A stretch of 64,000 bases of DNA, taken from contig CBDFJR010000002.1 in assembly GCA_965248535.1 (NCBI GenBank), positions 1,088,001 through 1,152,000 on the forward strand, in the 5' to 3' direction. Shown here one piece after another: positions 60,378 through 64,000 of the stretch; positions within the stretch are counted from its first letter, which is position 1, and the number at the start of each line of letters is the position of its first letter. Position numbers and translations under genes: made by a program. Below the pieces are notes generated by a model. It was given only the letters and a program-made list of their open reading frames with translations. It had not been told where the DNA came from and ran no database searches. The stretch is from Phormidesmis sp. (GTDB lineage Bacteria > Cyanobacteriota > Cyanobacteriia > Leptolyngbyales > Leptolyngbyaceae).

Positions 60378-61688
60378 TTAGAGTTGATTTTTGGCTTTGA
60401 GGTGCAGATAGCGATCGACGAGTTGTTCGGTGATCTGATTAGCAGGCGCATCCAGCACCAACACCCCTTTTCGCTTCAACTCAGCAAACGCAACTTGACG
60501 TTGAGCCAACAGATCCAACGCCACCGCACGAGCATAAGTAGACGGCACATCTTCCGTAACAGCATTGGCTTGACGATCGACTTGGGGATCACGAAGCGTT
60601 ACACAAAATGGCAAATAGCGCGGCGTTAAGCGACCGAGGGCAGCCAACAATTCAGCCGATGCCGTAATATCTACGATATCAGTGATGAGAACGACTAACG
60701 CACGGCGAGTTTGCTGATTTGCTAACGCTGTGACCGCGCCCAAATAATCAGGTTCGATAATCTCTGGCTGAATGGGAGTGAGACGCTCAATTAAATGGGT
60801 TAAATGCGATTGACCACGCTCTGGCGGAATCCAAGTGTGAATTTGACGATCGAACACCCCAACTCCCACCCGATCGCCGCGATGCAGTCCCGCTAAAGCT
60901 AAGGAAAGAGTCGCATTCAGCCCCCAATCAAATCGAGATAATCCTTTAACGTTGGCGGTCATTAAGCGGCCTCGATCGAGCAAAATAATCAAGGTTTGCT
61001 CTTGTTCTGGCTCTAACACCCTCACCAACGGCTGCCCGCGTCGTGCCGTCGCCTTCCAGTCGATAAAACGTGGATCGTCCCCCACACCATAGTCGCGCAG
61101 TTCGGCAAACTCGGTGCCCATGCCCAATCGTCTCGCCCGTCGAATCGACCCTGATGATTGCAGCGTCAGCCGAATGGAGAGCGATCGTAGCCCAATCAAG
61201 TCGGGATACACCGCCACTTTCTGAGGTTGCGGAACCTTCCAATCTTGCCACGCCAACCGCCAGGGACTCAATTGCCGCACCTGAATCGCGCTCCACAAAT
61301 ACTCGCCGCGATGGGTGGGATGCACCGTGTAGAGCAAGTTTTGAGCACTATCGCTTGACAACTTTGCCGAGAGGGGCATCTGCGACACCCCAAACTCGAT
61401 CGGATAACTGTCGTAAATCTGCACTTCGGCCGCCTGCCCAGCTTCGACCGAGAGGCTGACGACGTTATCGCGCCCGATCGAGAGCTTTGACAACGCCGAT
61501 CGCTCAACCCGAACGCGACTAACGCGGCTGCTGTCCCAGATCACCAAACCGAGCAATAGCCCATCCCAAATCAGCAGGGTGATCAGCCAAGCAGCAACGC
61601 GAGTGCGATCGTCCCAAATCGTGGCGACAATGGCCGCGATCGCCATCCCCAAAATTAATAATCCGTAAGTCTGACGAGAAGGAATCAT
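60378..61688 (-). CDS. DUF58 (vWA-like) protein
   Basis: GTEFAELRDY..GDDPRFIDWKATAR, LLDRGRLM. Confidence 0.9.
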   Translation of the reverse strand: MIPSRQTYGLLILGMAIAAIVATIWDDRTRVAAWLITLLIWDGLLLGLVIWDSSRVSRVRVERSALSKLSIGRDNVVSLSVEAGQAAEVQIYDSYPIEFGVSQMPLSAKLSSDSAQNLLYTVHPTHRGEYLWSAIQVRQLSPWRLAWQDWKVPQPQKVAVYPDLIGLRSLSIRLTLQSSGSIRRARRLGMGTEFAELRDYGVGDDPRFIDWKATARRGQPLVRVLEPEQEQTLIILLDRGRLMTANVKGLSRFDWGLNATLSLALAGLHRGDRVGVGVFDRQIHTWIPPERGQSHLTHLIERLTPIQPEIIEPDYLGAVTALANQQTRRALVVLITDIVDITASAELLAALGRLTPRYLPFCVTLRDPQVDRQANAVTEDVPSTYARAVALDLLAQRQVAFAELKRKGVLVLDAPANQITEQLVDRYLHLKAKNQL

Positions 61689-61694
61689 GAAGCG

Positions 61695-62645
61695 CTATCT
61701 AGGAACAGGAACTTGAGTCAAAACAGAAGCAATCACAGCATCGACATTGACCCCATCAAGTTGCGCTTCGGGGCGAAGAATGAGGCGGTGTCGCAATAGC
61801 GGCGGAGCAATGGCTTTAATATCGTCAGGGGTGACAAATTCGCGCCCTGATAACCAGGCTTGAGCTTTGCTAGCTTGCAGCCAAGCGACCGCCGATCGGG
61901 GTGAAGCCCCCAACACTAAATCAGGGTGATTGCGCGTTTTTTGCACCACCCCTAACAAATAATCCAGCACTGATTCTTGAACCGCGATCGCGCTCACTTC
62001 TTGTCGAGCTTGCAGAATTTGCTCGACTGTTGCCAAAGGCTTAAGCTTGACCAAATCTAATCGCTTGGCTTGAAAGCCGGCCTCACTGTTTAACAACATC
62101 CGCTTTTCGGCGGCCGCATCGGGGTAGGGAACAATCAGTTTGAACAAGAAGCGATCGAGTTGCGCTTCGGGTAAAGGATAGGTGCCTTCAAACTCTAGAG
62201 AATTTTGCGTAGCAATTACCCAAAACAGGGGTGAAAGCGGCAGACTTTCGCCATCTAGCGTGACTTGCTGTTCTTCCATGGCCTCTAGCAACGCAGACTG
62301 CGTTTTAGGCGGCGTGCGATTGATCTCGTCGGCCAGCAGAATTTGAGTAAAAATCGGCCCCTTTTTAAGGGTGAACTCGCGGCTGTTCAGGTCAAAAATA
62401 GTTGTCCCTAAAATGTCAGAGGGCAAGATATCAGGCGTAAGCTGCACCCGACGAAAATCTGCCTCAACCAATCGCGCCATCACCTTGACGAGCAGGGTTT
62501 TACCCGTTCCTGGCACCCCTTCTAAAATCACATGCCCCCCCGTCAATAGGGCGATCGTTAGCTGCTGCACGATCGTAGACTGCCCCACCACAACTTTATC
62601 AAGGGCTTGTCTAAGACGAGTAAAAACGGCGTGGAGGTCTGACAT
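61695..62645 (-). CDS. MoxR family AAA+ ATPase
   Basis: EGVPGTGKT, LADEINRTPPKTQSALLEAM, EGTYPLPEAQLDRF, GASPR. Confidence 0.95.
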   Translation of the reverse strand: MSDLHAVFTRLRQALDKVVVGQSTIVQQLTIALLTGGHVILEGVPGTGKTLLVKVMARLVEADFRRVQLTPDILPSDILGTTIFDLNSREFTLKKGPIFTQILLADEINRTPPKTQSALLEAMEEQQVTLDGESLPLSPLFWVIATQNSLEFEGTYPLPEAQLDRFLFKLIVPYPDAAAEKRMLLNSEAGFQAKRLDLVKLKPLATVEQILQARQEVSAIAVQESVLDYLLGVVQKTRNHPDLVLGASPRSAVAWLQASKAQAWLSGREFVTPDDIKAIAPPLLRHRLILRPEAQLDGVNVDAVIASVLTQVPVPR

Positions 62646-62785
62646 AGATTCAAAGATGAAGGTGAACTGTAGATAGGGTTAGTATCGACAAACAGCACAT
62701 TCATCTTACGGGCTGATCTGCAAATTGGGGCACCCGGTTTCAAAATCCCGTCGTTTCCTCAGGAGATCTCCCGCTTCAACATCTT

Positions 62786-64000
62786 CTAAAATGCAAACGT
62801 AGTCCGAATGACACCCACCACAATATCTTTATTGTCTTGATTATGGTTGGGGGCCGTTAACCAAATGATTCCGGGAGTGATTGAGATATTGTTATTTAAC
62901 GCATGGCGATAGAATCCCTCAATGTGCAGACCCGTATCACGATCGCGTCTCGCAGACAGCCCACTCAGCAGCGCCGTCGTGCCTGTGAGCTTAGGCTGCA
63001 TGCCGACAATAATCCCGCCTAGGTTTCCTTTTTGACCCAAATCTGGAAACGCCAGCGTCACCGCATAGTTCCAAACATCTCCATCACCGCGCACCGTTCC
63101 AGTTAACGCACGAGCCTTTGTGTAACCCACCCATCCACCTGCTTGCAACCCACTGCTGATTTTAAAATTGGCTTCAACGCCATAGGAGTTAGAAGCAACG
63201 GCTCGACCAGACAAATTAGACAAGAGGCTGCCTGTTCCTGTGTTTAGCCCGTTGTCACTATAGGCATTGACATAGGTGAGGGCGATCGTGCCAAATTTGG
63301 GCGTAAAAACCACTTGACCCAACGCCGCATAGTTGCCATTAAACAACCCCGCGCCCCGACCGGGACTGCTAGCTTCGTTGGCGAGATAGGCAACCTCCAA
63401 CTTTAAAGCTGAACTCAGCTTGATATTGGCAGATCCGCCCGTGTCAAAACCTAAGCGATAAATGGGATTGTAGCGCCCAAAGCGAGAAATGCTGGCCTGT
63501 GCATCACTGGCTAGCGGGTTGATGATATCGTCGAGCACGTCAATAAAGCCAATATTAAAGCCTGTGGCCGCCGTCAATTTAACGCTTTTATTCAGAGGAA
63601 AGCTGTATTTGAGCAGGCTGAGAAATCCGGCGTTTGACGTGTCGCTGCCTGACTGAAAACTGAGCCGAGCTTCGTTACCAGGAGCCGTATTGGTCGTTGA
63701 ACGAGGATCAATAACGTTAGTAGCTTGAATGCGCGTGGTGAGCAGGTCTTTGCCTGTGAAGCTCGTGTTTAAATTGAGCCGAACGCGATCGGACACGGTG
63801 GCATTATAGTTATCATCTTGACCATTGCGACTTGCGCCTCCAAAGGCATCGGTGACGGCAAAGATCACCTGCCCACTGAGTTTAGTCGTGGTCGAAAATT
63901 GCTGTCGTTCTAAGGTGGTTGTTCGCGCTTCTAAACCATCTACTCGTCCCCTTAAGGTGGCTAACTCTGCTGCAAATTCTGCTTGCAGCTTTTGCAGTGT
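62786..64000 (-). CDS. Cyanobacterial iron-uptake / OprB-type porin (5' part outside the window)
   Basis: LQAEFAAELATLRGRVDGLE, FSTTTKL, RVRLNLNTSFTGKDLL, ITPGIIWLTAP, RTTFAF. Confidence 0.92.
   Translation of the reverse strand, partial: TLQKLQAEFAAELATLRGRVDGLEARTTTLERQQFSTTTKLSGQVIFAVTDAFGGASRNGQDDNYNATVSDRVRLNLNTSFTGKDLLTTRIQATNVIDPRSTTNTAPGNEARLSFQSGSDTSNAGFLSLLKYSFPLNKSVKLTAATGFNIGFIDVLDDIINPLASDAQASISRFGRYNPIYRLGFDTGGSANIKLSSALKLEVAYLANEASSPGRGAGLFNGNYAALGQVVFTPKFGTIALTYVNAYSDNGLNTGTGSLLSNLSGRAVASNSYGVEANFKISSGLQAGGWVGYTKARALTGTVRGDGDVWNYAVTLAFPDLGQKGNLGGIIVGMQPKLTGTTALLSGLSARRDRDTGLHIEGFYRHALNNNISITPGIIWLTAPNHNQDNKDIVVGVIRTTFAF

Noticed and set aside
56699..62645. RDD-SpoIIM-DUF58-MoxR cluster as a novel system
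   Set aside because: Widespread, previously noted gene neighbourhood; only the duplicated membrane gene is unusual

Overview
Cyanobacterial chromosomal DNA (abundant HIP1 GCGATCGC; Sll1252-like S4 protein, CRR6, sufR-ftrC-sufBCDS, cyanobacterial porin). Housekeeping genes are interrupted by three accessory regions. (1) A ~11.5 kb minus-strand operon of secreted DUF11/Ig-like proteins plus a large outer-membrane barrel (20.3-31.8 kb), next to a multi-receiver regulator with a degenerate GGDEF domain. (2) A translation-stress-type module (33.0-35.3 kb): leader peptide and attenuator, HNH nuclease, an array of 10 tRNA or tRNA-like genes (several non-canonical) and an RNA-ligase stub, with shared TGTAGTAT-type operators. 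(3) A chromosomal integron (43.6-53.2 kb): intI, 40-bp palindromic tandem repeats beside the inferred attI, six attC sites, two ORF-less structured cassettes, several toxin-antitoxin-carrying cassettes and a TetR/Coq4/MFS cassette. The most striking feature is two apparently identical 700-nt ORF-less group IIC-attC introns inserted at the same nucleotide of two different attC sites. leuB shows three frameshifts, probably sequencing errors. All protein family calls come from motif recognition by eye; no searches were run.
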